Shown here: positions 1 through 12,310 of the stretch, one piece after another
How the letters are laid out: the number at the start of each line of letters is the position of its first letter
Position numbering within the stretch: position 1 is the first letter of the stretch
Assembly (NCBI GenBank): GCA_002633005.1
Contig: NMRA01000124.1
Coordinates: 324,724 to 388,723, forward strand
Direction of reading: 5' to 3'
From: Phoronis australis
Taxonomy: Eukaryota; Animalia; Phoronida
Length of the DNA stretch: 64,000 nucleotides
Notes under the pieces: model-generated
Database searches by the model: none
What the model was told of the DNA's origin: nothing
The model's input: only the letters and a program-made list of their open reading frames with translations
Position numbers and translations under genes: made by a program

Positions 1-125
1 GGCCTTTTTGGAAACATACCAATCATTTCCATCGTCGCTTTATTCGGTTTCGCTTGTTTGTCACTGGAGGTTTGTTTGAGCACGACACAGCCATCACCTA
101 GTTATCATTTCATTACGTTAATAAC

Positions 126-238
126 CATGGGCGGCGTAGCACTGAAAAAGGTGGGGTGGGGGCGCCGCCTTTAGACCAGGGGTGGTGCAGCACTGAAAAA
201 AGTGAGGATTTATAGCCCCCTACGGTGCGCCGCCCATG
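126..238. mobile_element. Short MITE-like element
   Basis: Terminal inverted repeat catgggcggcg / cgccgcccatg; a related end sequence recurs at 4995-5028. Confidence 0.6.
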
Positions 239-3006
239 TAATTAAACTTCGCCCAGGTTAAGTCACGCAAAGTACACAATTGATGTCTACCGAGTCCAGA
301 TTGAGTGCCGGCCGGAAGGCCGAGGGTCTTGTTAAAAATTTCGAGGCGCACATACAATTTGCTATAACTTTATGTAATCTATCGCCGAGATTAGTGTGCA
401 TACATTACCACACACATTTCTTCCTGCCCACTTAGATACGTAACCCGTCTGTGAATATTAGCATTTACGTCCCCACCTAAAGCCCAAATTACATTGTACC
501 AGCCCGGCTTGCCATAACAGCTAGTAAACGAGTTCCATCTACCCCAAAAGGAGCATCCACGACATTGGCAAACCAGGCAATTGGATTTTCAAGTGAAAAG
601 GACAGCCGCGCCAAATGTGGGACTACTTCAAAGCAATCGATCGCAGATAGTATTAGTGTCCTCAACAAGTCTTATCACTCCAGGTCAATGAAGATTCGAT
701 ACCACGCTGTGATCAAACTAGCTTTTCTTGCGAGTGTCTTTACAGATCGCTGCACATGACTCGCGGGTAGTGCATCTTGCTTAAAACAGAGACATGTCTC
801 TAAACAACAATTACCGCATGTCTGGTGTTATTATTCAACTGCTAGTGTAAACCGCGCTTTTTGCCCTCAAGAGTGCGTGTACATATTAAAAACCTGTAAA
901 ATTTCTTAGCGTCCATTTTATGGTATTGTTTTACTAAGTACTGTATAGTAAAGATTTATTCAAACATCAATGAACTAGATTTAAAGCAATATATGTAAAC
1001 ATTAACGACAGCATTTTCTAACAGTAACGGTATCCATACAAATAGCAACATCAACAACGCAGACAATGCTGGTTCACTGATACCTCCAGTCAGTGAAATC
1101 AGCCCTTGATAGTAATTAAGATAACGTTTGGAACTTTGTAATTTGGGAACAAACATTTTTAAATCATAGCATTATGCCAGTTCCTATGCCACTTATAACA
1201 AATGTTGTTTACATAAAGTTTGTCAGCAAAAGTTTTTGCCATAAAAACTGAATCCACAAAGACAATGAAACACATCAAAGAACAACATTCCTAACACTTT
1301 AAAAGTTGCACTCATGTGAGTGCGTGTCCTTAAGTAAACATCAACTGACCAAAACACCTGTAGATATTTTAAAAATACATGGTAAGATCTAAGAGCAGTA
1401 GAGCCCGGTGGTAGAATCTCTAACTGAGAAACAAGTTAAGACCAACTGGCTCAAACGTATTTAGGGAGACAAAGGGATTGTGAAGGAGCGCAGACAAATG
1501 TCAGATTTATCTGTTTACAACCAACATGCTGCGCTAGAGCGGAATGAATTTTCAAGAACCCTAGCATGCCCCCCTTAGAGCGACCCACGTTGCCAAGGTG
1601 ACAAACTGCGAAGTCAAGCTCGGAGAAAGATAGAGAGCAACTTTGCAATAGATGTGAACAGGTCGTACTTGTATGATCAAACAGAGCAATGCTTTAGAAA
1701 TAACACAATTATTATTATTAGATTTTTGAACTGGAAATGGGCCCATTTCTTTTTTTCCATGGAGATGATAATAGATCATATTAGACAGAACAGATGCAAG
1801 GTGTTTCCAGGAGTCAAATATTTAATGACTAGCCATGCGCTGCATTGCTGTCTAAGGGAGATGAGAAACACTGCAATTCTGTGGCTGGTCTCAAAAATAC
1901 TGCCAGACTACAAACATTAGGGCCTGGAATTATAATTCTTAAATTTGCTGCAAACTGAATGTTATAACTTGCCATTGTTGAGCTTTTAAGATTTTAATGT
2001 TAAATCCTCAGCAGTTTTTCCAAAATTGTCTGGTTTCACATATACAATATCTTGCTAACATGCTACTGGAATGTTTAGTTAAAAAATTTGATTTGACATA
2101 ACATAGAAACTTTTGCTCTCTTAAAAAGAAGAATTCACTGGAGACACAGAGCAAGAGCACTTAACAACAGACAGGACCAAATTTGAGTCCAATTACTTGA
2201 CTGTTTGCCCGCTCTGAAATATTTCCATTTGGCTGCAGCCAACTCCTCAACAGGAAACATAAAACTATGCTCCCTATTACACTAAAACACTGTAGTATTT
2301 GAACAAAACAGCCTGCAATATCCATCACGACAGCAGGGTCGAAGTACAATTCATGGTCACAGTAGTTTTCCCTTGCAACTGAGAATGAAGGGGAATTATC
2401 AGGGAAAGTTAGTAAGGTAGCTAAGCCATTTTGTAAATAGAATTTTATTGCCCTATTAGTTATTACCAGTAATTTTTGTTGTTAAGAGAATTAGTGGTGA
2501 TGACAGGAAAACGGTATTACCTCTAATTATTTTTTTTCTAATACTGTATAGACCTTACCCTTTTATGTAAAACCTCACCAAAGATAGGTGTCAGCTAGAA
2601 AGGTCACAAGAGACTACAAGTTCAACAACTATGCCTAAAACTGTAATACGTCACTTGCCATTTACAGCTGCAAATGCCAGATGAACAGATTAGATTTCCA
2701 GCCCTGTAATAACCTGCAATGATAGGGAATGAAGACAAGACACACGATTCATTTCATAGGCTAAGATTTCACGTTAGTTACCCGGTTTTCATGTTAATTT
2801 GCCTGGAGTGGATGGGGATATAGGGATCAGGCTTGTGAGTCCCGTTTGATGGTCTGGTCTTTGTACCACGAGTTAGCCCTGGTGGCAGTAGGGAAGCTTG
2901 TGATGTTGACAGAAAAGCTCCAATAAAACCAGTGAATAATGAACACAGTCAAGATTTAAGAAAATCAATAAAAGCTCAAAACTCCGAAGTCAGGTTTTGC
3001 GCTTCG

Positions 3007-4881
3007 TCATCCTGTGCAACAATGTTCCTTTTGATGTCGCTTCAACTTCAAGCTGTTGCTGAACGTTTTCTCGCAATGTTCACATTTGGCGCTGACGGCT
3101 CCAACTTTATGAACGTTCAGTTTGTGTCTCTTCACCTTATCAGCGTCAAAGAACTTCTTTTTACAAATATCACACTCAAAGTTGCGCTCCTTCATGTGCA
3201 CAGACCGAATATGCCTAGTTAAGAAGGGATTCTCATAGAACGTCTTGCCGCATATATCACACCTGTGATTTCTGTCGCCTATATGCCGCTTGTAGTGGGT
3301 GGACAACGCGCTGGAACTTGTCAAGCCTTTTCCGCAAACATTGCACTTGTATGGCTTCTCTCCAGTATGCGTCCGCATATGAAACTTAAGGTTGTAGGCA
3401 CCTCGGAATTTTTTGCCACACACACCACACGACAACGGCTTCTCTCCCGTATGAATCATTTTGTGACTCTGCAGATACTGCTTAGAGTAAAACTCGCCAC
3501 CGCAAACGTTGCATTTGAAGTGTCTGTCCTTCACATGATGCATAATGTGTTTTTCAACTGCCCACCTGCCAGACAGCTCTTTCGCACAAAACTTACACTT
3601 GAATAGCCTGTTGTCTAACACCTCGTACTTGTCACAGTACTTATGCTTGCAAAATGCGGCCATGTTGTCAAATGTCATGGGACAAGCACAGCATTGATAG
3701 CGTAGTTGAATATGCTCCGCAATGTGTACAGCCACCCTTTTGATGCTACCAAATCTTTGGGAGCAGGTGCCGCATTTATACAGCAGGTGGCGCTGGTAGT
3801 GATGGTCAGCAATGTCTGAACTATTTGATGTGAATCCACAAACGTCGCATGTAAAGACAGTTTTAGGTGCCATTTGCGGGTTTAATAAACTTGCAGGAAT
3901 GGTTACGCCAGCAGACCCTTGGCAGACACTCTTTAAGTGAGAATGAAAATCGCTTAACTGCGGAAGCCCCACTTTAAAATTACCACAAACGTACATCGTT
4001 TTTGTGTTATTCTGGCTGGTTTTCACACCGTGCATTCTTTCCAAGTGATTTATAGTATCTTGCAAGGAGACAGAAATCAGTTTGCACAGATAGCATTTGA
4101 AGACAGTAATTTGTGCTCCAGTTTTCAATACAGGAGCACCTGGCTTGAAGGAGTTTACCTGTAGATTTCTCGTATGTACTTCACTTAAATGCAGAATTCC
4201 ACTTCCACTGTATTCAGGGTGTGGGAGTTTGGTTCCCACAGTTTTGTCTGTGTCATGTTTGCAACTATAGTGCTCAAATAACAATTCTTTTCTGAAGAAC
4301 ACCTCACCACAAGTATTGCACACAAAATAACTATCTTCACAGCCTTCTGACTCACTGACAGGCTCTTTCTTAATAATGGGATGCTCACTTGTAGTTTTAG
4401 TCGACTCCGTTTCAGAAGTAGAAAGACCGTTCTTGGAACTAATTAGAGGAATTGAAGATTGACCAGGGCATTGCACTGTAACAGTCGATGGTGAATGTTC
4501 CACAGAAGGGTGAAACTTTTGACCTTCAGATTCATGCCCAGTTTCTTCACTGGGAGAGAGCGATTCCTGAAGCTGCAAAGACTTGCTGTCCTTCATAGTC
4601 AATGTATCCCTCATCTGATCCAACACAACCACAGGTATTCCGTGCACTAGCTTACTATCGTATTGCCAAGACCAGTCGTACTTTATTCTGAACACGTTGG
4701 GTTGAACAGCATTCACAGACCCACACGCTTGCTGCGTTGGGGTTTTATGATTGACTTTCTGATATTCTTCCACCTGCTCCTGATCCAGTCTCATCACAGG
4801 TAAGCGTACTGGTGAATCCCTCATGACCACACCCACCGGTGAAGACAAAAACTCCTCGGAGCTGTCCATGCTCTGCGACAT
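3007..4881 (-). CDS. C2H2 zinc-finger protein, about 12 fingers, single coding exon (624 aa)
   Basis: Long ORF with repeated CxxC...HxxxH fingers and two TGEKP linkers; splice acceptor ttttcttgacAG (4889-4890) lies 7 nt upstream of the ATG, so there is at least one upstream exon. Confidence 0.9.
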   Translation of the reverse strand: MSQSMDSSEEFLSSPVGVVMRDSPVRLPVMRLDQEQVEEYQKVNHKTPTQQACGSVNAVQPNVFRIKYDWSWQYDSKLVHGIPVVVLDQMRDTLTMKDSKSLQLQESLSPSEETGHESEGQKFHPSVEHSPSTVTVQCPGQSSIPLISSKNGLSTSETESTKTTSEHPIIKKEPVSESEGCEDSYFVCNTCGEVFFRKELLFEHYSCKHDTDKTVGTKLPHPEYSGSGILHLSEVHTRNLQVNSFKPGAPVLKTGAQITVFKCYLCKLISVSLQDTINHLERMHGVKTSQNNTKTMYVCGNFKVGLPQLSDFHSHLKSVCQGSAGVTIPASLLNPQMAPKTVFTCDVCGFTSNSSDIADHHYQRHLLYKCGTCSQRFGSIKRVAVHIAEHIQLRYQCCACPMTFDNMAAFCKHKYCDKYEVLDNRLFKCKFCAKELSGRWAVEKHIMHHVKDRHFKCNVCGGEFYSKQYLQSHKMIHTGEKPLSCGVCGKKFRGAYNLKFHMRTHTGEKPYKCNVCGKGLTSSSALSTHYKRHIGDRNHRCDICGKTFYENPFLTRHIRSVHMKERNFECDICKKKFFDADKVKRHKLNVHKVGAVSAKCEHCEKTFSNSLKLKRHQKEHCCTG

Positions 4882-5522
4882 GTTTAACCTGTCAAGAAAA
4901 TGTCAAACATTCATACTAAATGTACACATTCTTGTTTAGTTGTAGAATGATTATTCAGTAGTGAACTACCATAACATGCTAATTTTTAATGAACTATAGC
5001 CCCCAGACCCCTATGGTGCGCCGCCCGTGAGATGTCATCGAACTCAAAGTTTCCTTGTGTTGCAAGCGGAAACAGACGAAGGGGTCGTGATTGGGATTGC
5101 AAATTCTTGTGAAGGAAACATGAACAAAACTGAGGATAATTAAGTGAAAATCCAAGTATGTTTCGAAACAGCAGTGATGCAGCACATTCCTTCTTGCTTT
5201 GAAAACCGCTCCTCGTCAAAACCACAAGTAAATCCACCGGTTTCTGACTGCCCGTCAACGCGCAGCTGGCAGACGCGAGGACAGCGTTGGTGGACCAATG
5301 AAATTACTACTGTTGCTGACCATATTGGCACATGCCAAAAAAATAACAGGCGAACATCAGTGTTAGTCGTCATAAAGAGAATGCATCTGTGTCAGAAACT
5401 TACACATTCAAGTTGAGAGACCAAATTTGAAGAGTACTTTCCTAAGTCCACTGTTCAGCTCTGGTGTTGGTTCTCAACTTTACCGATAGGAGATCGAGAC
5501 AGAGCGAACAGGTAGTGGCCTC

Positions 5523-5807
5523 TATGGGCGGCCGTTTATGCAAAAAAAAACATCAAAATGTATATATCAATTCCATTTATGAAATCAATGCTAACTGACA
5601 TTTCAATCCTATCTTGTGTATTCAATGTTAATTCATCAATTCAATCCACATTCGTTGTTTCCATACCGTGAACTCAATGCTGTTTTGATATTCTATCCTG
5701 TTTACTGAATGTATGAGTTCTGTTTCGTCTATCCCATAGGCATCGTAATACTCATAATAATAATGTGATGTCTATGGTCTATCCTATCGTCTAAACGGCC
5801 GCCCATA
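5523..5807. mobile_element. Non-autonomous DNA transposon, IS3EU-like
   Basis: Perfect 16-bp TIR tatgggcggccgttta; 6-bp TSD ggcctc at 5517-5522 and 5808-5813. Confidence 0.8.
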
Positions 5808-5846
5808 GGCCTCTGGTGAATATTGCGACCCAGCGCATCGACTGGC

Positions 5847-6262
5847 CTGCTGTGCGTGAATTTCAGTTGAATTCTGCTTAATCTCAAGATCACGTATGCG
5901 TGAACTTTGAGCAATCACGTCACGGTGATTTTTTTTCAACTGTTCATTGTGAAGAATTTAATTATTGGCCTCACGTCCACCCATTTTCTCCTTTACCGTA
6001 ACTTGTGTCAAAAAGAATCGGGAGAAGTGCATGATTAAATTATTTATTGGTGCATCAAAAAGACAATTGAAAACAATGTTTTTAAAGTCGCCAACACGTG
6101 CTACTGAACTTTTATCAACGCGTGAACGTGATACCCCGGTAATTCAATTTGAGTGAACTTGTCAAGTTTCCTCATGTATTCCAACATGTCTCACTGACGC
6201 ATCAATACCCGGCCCAATCAGTCGGTTGAGATTACTTAGCAGGATTCCAAGTTCACGTAGAG
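5847..6262. mobile_element. MITE with degenerate TIRs (same family as 10611-14790)
   Basis: ctgtgcgtgaa...ttctgcttaatctc versus gagattacttagcaggattccaagttcacgtagag. Confidence 0.55.
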
Positions 6263-7727
6263 TGAAGCCGGACTCCTTTCTGGGGGATACTCACTAAATT
6301 GGGCTATGTTCCCAAGGCTGTACTTCGCACCACCGCCGGCGCAGAGGGTCGGGGGCGGATGAGCCACGTCGCGCTTCAAGACCCGACTTCTCTACCGTGA
6401 GTCATATGGACCTAATGCAAGGCTTACGCATCCAAGACAGGTGTTGCCATGAGCCGAGCGAACCGAGTACTATCAAAATTTAGTAGGCACTTTCGTCCAT
6501 AAATACGAAAGCGCGAAGGATGGGTCACTTACCAGTAACGATGCAACTCGTCATTGTATTATAGCTTTTAGAAGAGCTGTTTATTTTTGAGACGGCGTTT
6601 CTTATTTGGAACAAAATCCAACAAATAGGTGACTATGTCCTTTGGGTCTCCTTTTCCGAGTCCACTACCTAAATGGTAGAGGAATGTTTCAAGCTGCTAG
6701 TACCATTACCTCTGAGGACTGCGTATCCAAATATCCGCTCAATTCCATGAGAATATCATTCAGTTTTTATTTTCTGATGAAATTCTAAGTATGCAATGGC
6801 ACATAACGGTAAAGTAAAATTATTGTTGTGGGAGCAAGGGAACCACGTTCCCGTTTGCTACTAGCCGTCTCCGCTCGAAACTCGTCTCAATTTTGTTTGG
6901 CACCATGTTCATTGTAAAGTGCCACTCTTTTCAGCCCCATCACTGTTTGAACTGCGTTCCACTGCGCTAGGAAGCAGAGGGGTTCCATGCTCCTCCAATG
7001 ATGTGCACACACCGGTGGAAAACTGGGGTAACCGGCACATAGTACCCGACAGTCGATAAAATAAACAGCCAATACAGGCACAGAGCGTTTGTCTACTCCC
7101 AGTGCTAGACATATCCTTTCCAACCCTGGCCAGGACATTCATGTTAGGTGTTCCCATATGCCCAGTAACTTTGCATAATAGGTCATCTAACCCCACTACG
7201 GACATGCTCGCTGTCACCCATACTTCAAAAAACAGTAAAGCTGCACACAGCAAATTCATAGGATTTTTAAATTCAAGTAGCCTATTTTAGGTAGTGTGAA
7301 ACAAATTTCTCTGGACAACAGATTATGTTGTCTTATTTATCTCTTTTCCGTTTTTTGACACTGTACACCACCTCATACAAATAATTGATGGAACCTGACA
7401 GATACCATCATCTGCACTCACAAGGTGCAAGCCTCAACTCACCAGTTCACGCTTTTAGCTCAAAGCTAGGGTTATAAAGTGCGAACTTAAGACTAGAAAC
7501 TTTAATACATAATCCGCAATGCACTCCTGCACACATTCATAGACTTTTTGAGTCCGCACAAAAATGCGAAACAATTTCGAGTACAAAGATTAGACCACTG
7601 GTCCTAGTTTTACAATGGTTAACAGGCCTAGATCAGGGGCACAGAGGTTTATTTTTTTAAATCAATAAAACCATTACTTTGTTTTTCACTTTTTATTTAC
7701 ACAGCTCACTACAGCGCATTTGATAAT

Positions 7728-7811
7728 TTATCTCTTTCCTCCAACCCTGGGGGCTGACTTTGTCATTGGCTTGGCTGCCTTCTGTGTCTTCTGACCTTTA
7801 GGTTGGGATGC
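7728..7811 (-). CDS. RPL24: RPL24 exon 5 (last coding exon; full protein 154 aa)
   Basis: ASQPKGQKTQKAAKPMTKSAPRVGGKR-stop, the conserved eL24 C-terminus; AATAAA on the minus strand at 7692-7697. Confidence 0.95.
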   Translation of the reverse strand, partial: ASQPKGQKTQKAAKPMTKSAPRVGGKR

Positions 7812-7861
7812 CTGAAAGTAAGACGAGCAGCGTAATGTTCAATCTCGTAAATGCTTCAATA

Positions 7862-8290
7862 AACAACAGCAACGCAGAGTGAGGATATACACCCACGACT
7901 GCACCGCAAACGCTGTGATTCTAGGGGTGTTTATTTGTATCATAAAAATGGCCATTAGATGGCTCAGAATAGGTTGAACCTATTCAAAAATGAGAGGATG
8001 ACGTCCTCTTCACAGTAGAAATATAAATGCCAATTTTCAAAGTCATCTGTGGAGTGGTTTGGTTGATAGAGGGGCAGACACCAAAAAACACACTTGAAAA
8101 TAGTAACAATGGCCAGTAGGTGGCACAAAATACCTGCAATGCATCTGAAAATGAGAGGATCCCCCATCTCACTAATAGATGCCAATCTGACAAATTTTAT
8201 GAGTCTGTTGAAGATACAGCTCAAATAACAACAGCAGCGCCGAACGTTGGAACACCCACTGAACATCGCAGTGCGCCCATATACATGAGA
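7862..8290 (-). mobile_element. Partial Helentron-like (HINE) element
   Basis: Clear similarity to 53621-53730 and 54798-54970 and, reversed, to 28330-28890. Confidence 0.65.
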
Positions 8291-8786
8291 TTATCATTTC
8301 TCTGTAGGTTTTAAACCACTAGTCAAAAGAAGTAGGTTTTTATCACTGAAAACTCTGTTAGAATAGTTTCAGACAAGTATGTGAAAATCTTGTTGATTGA
8401 AAGTAGAGGAAGCTATACAAAAGGGAAAGTATACTATATCAAATGGATCTTTAGACCGTAAGTTCTTTGCGTTGCTCTTCGAACTTCTTTTCCTTGAAAA
8501 GAGCCCCTTTCACATTGAAACCAGAGAAACAGATAATAACTGGCGATAATGCTATGAAAAAGAACAATACAACTTCCTCAGCATTAACCACAGCCAGGCT
8601 TCGGGGTCCGATCTCCGACTCTGCCCAGATACAATCGCGCGACACGATTCCACAACAAATCTACGAAATTTACTGATAGTGCGCTGTGCAATTGGTCAAA
8701 GTTGGAGTGCATCGATTAAACCCCAGGCCTCAATTTCTTGCACACCCCTTTATGAAACAATAAGGGAGAAAGCCTTCTTTACTTAC

Positions 8787-8838
8787 TTTCGCCTGTTTCT
8801 TTTGGGCATCCTTAGCCTTCTGCTTTTCCTTTGCAGCT
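8787..8838 (-). CDS. RPL24: RPL24 exon 4
   Basis: AAKEKQKAKDAQKKQAK; tttccag acceptor, gtaagt donor; phase consistent. Confidence 0.93.
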
Positions 8839-10224
8839 CTGGAAATTTGGAATAGACAAAGGAGTTATCACACCTATAGTGGAATTACTGACCCCCTAGC
8901 ATCATTTCAGGGCCACAGATGCCTTGACTTTGGGGCTGAATATCAGCTTCATGATCACAGTCCCCTTCAATGAAGACGACCACATACACTGGAGGGCCAT
9001 TTCACCGATCTCGACTGGTTTATGCCGAACAATTCTGACTTCCATTTGTTTATTTCCTGATGTAATTTAGGCGCATTTGATACTGGTTGATGTGGTGGCA
9101 AATACACTGATTTCCCGAAATAAACAGAACTGCAAACTAACAGTAATACATCTAAGCAAAACTGTTAAAGAAATTTTATTTAAAGTTTGGAAGTCAACAC
9201 AAATTTAGGAAAGAATTTCGGCGGAATTTTTATGTCCGACTTTTATACTCGCAGTGTCGACTTGGTGGCAACTTGGTATTTTTCCCAGATTGCCAAAAAA
9301 TGACACGGTTGAAAAAAGGTGAGAATTATTGATGCAACTTCCATAATTTAAGGACTTGTATTTCTATTGAAATGAGGACAGTTTCAGATCTATCATTAGA
9401 AAAGAGCATAAGTAAAAAGAATTCATGATGAAAATAAATTGATAGAAAAACTAACATTAGTGAGTAACCAAACTTAGATACACTACAAATGCACTGAAAA
9501 TTCAGGGAACAGTCAAGTCCCCAGAGATTGCTTCATGCAACCTGCCACAGGCCCCTAAACAACATCACAATGAACTAAAGGCAGAACTGAAACAATCAGG
9601 CCAACTGAGAAAGCTTATCTATCTAATGTCAGATTTAATAAAACAGACCCATGCAGCACCTTTAAAATTGTACAGTCTCCAGGCTCAGTCAGTGAGCAGA
9701 ATAAGTCTTGCTAGGAAAAAAAACAGTACCTTTCAGGAGACCTCTGCAGAGCGAGAACATGGAACCATTGTTCTATTTTTTATAACATGCAACAGCTAAT
9801 ATTTTATTTAGTTTTTCTAGAGAGCAAATGCAGTGTGACCCTTGTTTCTTCATGTAGTTTCTCTGCTGCCAATTTACTTTCGGTGAACTAGACTTGAAAT
9901 GTTGCTGGATTGGTATTTAACCTTTCATTTGCTACTGAACTTGAAGCAGTTTTAAACTGATACCTTCAGCCAAGAATAGTTTGCAGATAACTCAGATTCT
10001 TATTCATTGACACCAGAATGCATTAAATTTCAATCTTAGTCTGAAGAAGTAACGAACAGTCAGATTTTTCCCCTAACCGAGAGATCATTTCTATACAGAG
10101 TAAGGAACTGGGTAATTTCACAAGAATTGCACAATGGTAAGTGGCTTTATTTTCAAAGAAAGTACAGGTTTAATGCTGCTTAAATTAAAGTAACCTCCCC
10201 CAAACCTATTATCACTCCATTTAC

Positions 10225-10472
10225 CTAATGGCCTGATCTCGCTGAGCCTTCCTGACCTCTGGCTTCTGATTCCTTTTGGCCATTATATCACTGAGGGAGG
10301 CCCCAGTGACGGGCCGCTGGAACTTGGTCGTGCGGCGCGTCCTCCTTTTGGATACCTCCTCCATCAGACCCTTCTTGTGTTTGCGTCGGTACAGCACCGT
10401 CCAGTTAATTTTGCGAGGGTTGCGCTTCATGGCATGCGACTTCTCACACTTTCCATTCAAAAACTGGAAACT
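10225..10472 (-). CDS. RPL24: RPL24 exon 3
   Basis: [35 protein letters not shown]...[18 protein letters not shown]; ttttcag acceptor, gtaaat donor. Confidence 0.97.
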
Positions 10473-10641
10473 CTGAAAATGAATATTAAGTTGTCAGTTC
10501 ATGAGGGACTGCACTCCGATCAAGATAGCACAATGTCTGGCACATGAAGTTTGTAGAGAGCAAAAACGAGACGTTTTTCAATGATAAATCACATTTGGCT
10601 GGGTGTCTGACTGCTGTGTGTGAACTTGGAATCTTGCTTAA

Positions 10642-12184
10642 AGTCCTTCTATCACGCGTTGTTAACCCTTATTACATGGTTAGAGGATGTTATAAGGATC
10701 CAAGAAGTACCTACCCCATAAATACACGATCCGTACTCGAAAAAAGGTTTAAATGAACGTGCCGCTCACGATTCGCACCCGAAAAAAACCCCGCCATTTT
10801 GAACTTGCTGCAAACCCGGAAGTACAATTCATTCAGGAACCCAGGCTAAGAAAACGCCATCAGTGTGAGTGCCTGTTACCAGCCTGCAAACGGGGATAAA
10901 ATAATCGACAGCGCGCCTTAATTTTAATAAAATCAAAATACGGACAATTTTATCGAATTTGCTGAAGAAATGTGGCGAATAAATATTGACAGAAATTATT
11001 TTGCCAGACTCAGGACCGCAGCTATCGGACCCGGTGCCGATCGAGACCAGACACTGGCGAACGGTAAACGCATGTGGTTGCAAGCTGTTTTGTCAAAGTA
11101 AAATGGTCAAATCATAAATGCTGCATATATTCAAGGGTAGTTTCAGACACTTGCATGAAATTACTATAGCGGCTGGTTAGTACATCTTACATTTTTGCAC
11201 AAAAAACACAAAAATGGAACAAAGTTTCTTTTTTGTAGCAACATTTGTCAAAATGTACCAACGTTAAATCTTCACAAATTACAAAGTAGCCGATTGAACA
11301 TGCCTTTCAGTTCAGCAAAAGTCGCCTTGTTGTCGGTGCCACCAGAAATGAGACGAAGTTCAATGGGAATTGTGAGCACATTTATCACTTAATGAGTAAC
11401 AACTGCGAGGCTGAAATTTGGTGAACACTGTTAAATCGTGCAGAATAGTAAGTAAAGATATGTCTAACTAAATTTCACCGTAATTTGTTGGCGAAAACAA
11501 TTTACACAAATTTTTGAACTCGTAACTTATCCCACTGTCCTCCAATATGGCCGACGCGATCCAAGCAAAGTGACCCAAATTTCGCCACAAAACTTGCAAT
11601 AACTTTACACTGCTTGCCCCGATTTTGATACTTTTTTGATTTTTACTGAGTAGAATGCACTACCTTTCCGATGATAGCAAAGTACTTTTTCAAAACAAGA
11701 AAAAAAAATAAAACCGAAAAAAATTGGTTCGACTCATATTGGTTCCTAGGTTCGACCGGCCTACGTAAGGAACTAAACACCAATGCTATTTTAACATACT
11801 AAGTACGCGTAACATTCCAAAAAAAAAATCAACGACCACTAACTACAAACTATATATACAGTACATATGCAAACGAATCACGAGATATTACTAATAAAAC
11901 GAAATAATGAAGACTTTTCGAGCAAGCGATAGCACATTCAGTTACAAGGAAAAAATGGCGGCGTGCAGGACAAGTTCCTGAACTGATGAGCAGGAAATGT
12001 GGGTACGGAAATAACCGATGACAACCGGTAATCATACGCTCAGAGAGAAGGGTCAAATACTGTTCAAAAATCGCTTTTGGCAAGAAAGGCGAAAAGAATA
12101 TAAAGAAAGGGTGTCAAAAATAAGATTTTATGTAGTAAGTATTTTCGGATACTGGAACCATATGGGCAGTTTGAGAGAAGGACT
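10642..12184. mobile_element. Non-autonomous TTAA-specific DNA transposon, Kolobok-like
   Basis: TIR agtccttctatca / tgagagaaggact; TTAA duplicated at 10638-10641 and 12185-12188; removing it restores the host MITE end. Confidence 0.8.
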
Positions 12185-12310
12185 TTAATCTCAAGATCAT
12201 GTATGCATAATCTTGTAATACACTATGAGACTTGGAAAGTTCACACAATTAATCACGTTCACGTAGATAAAAATTTGCACTGCACTAAAGCAAATTACAT
12301 TTTAATAAAA

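Noticed and set aside
565-2349. Short ORFs at the window start
   Set aside because: No recognisable domains or coherent splice structure; probably 3' UTR, intergenic or repeat sequence
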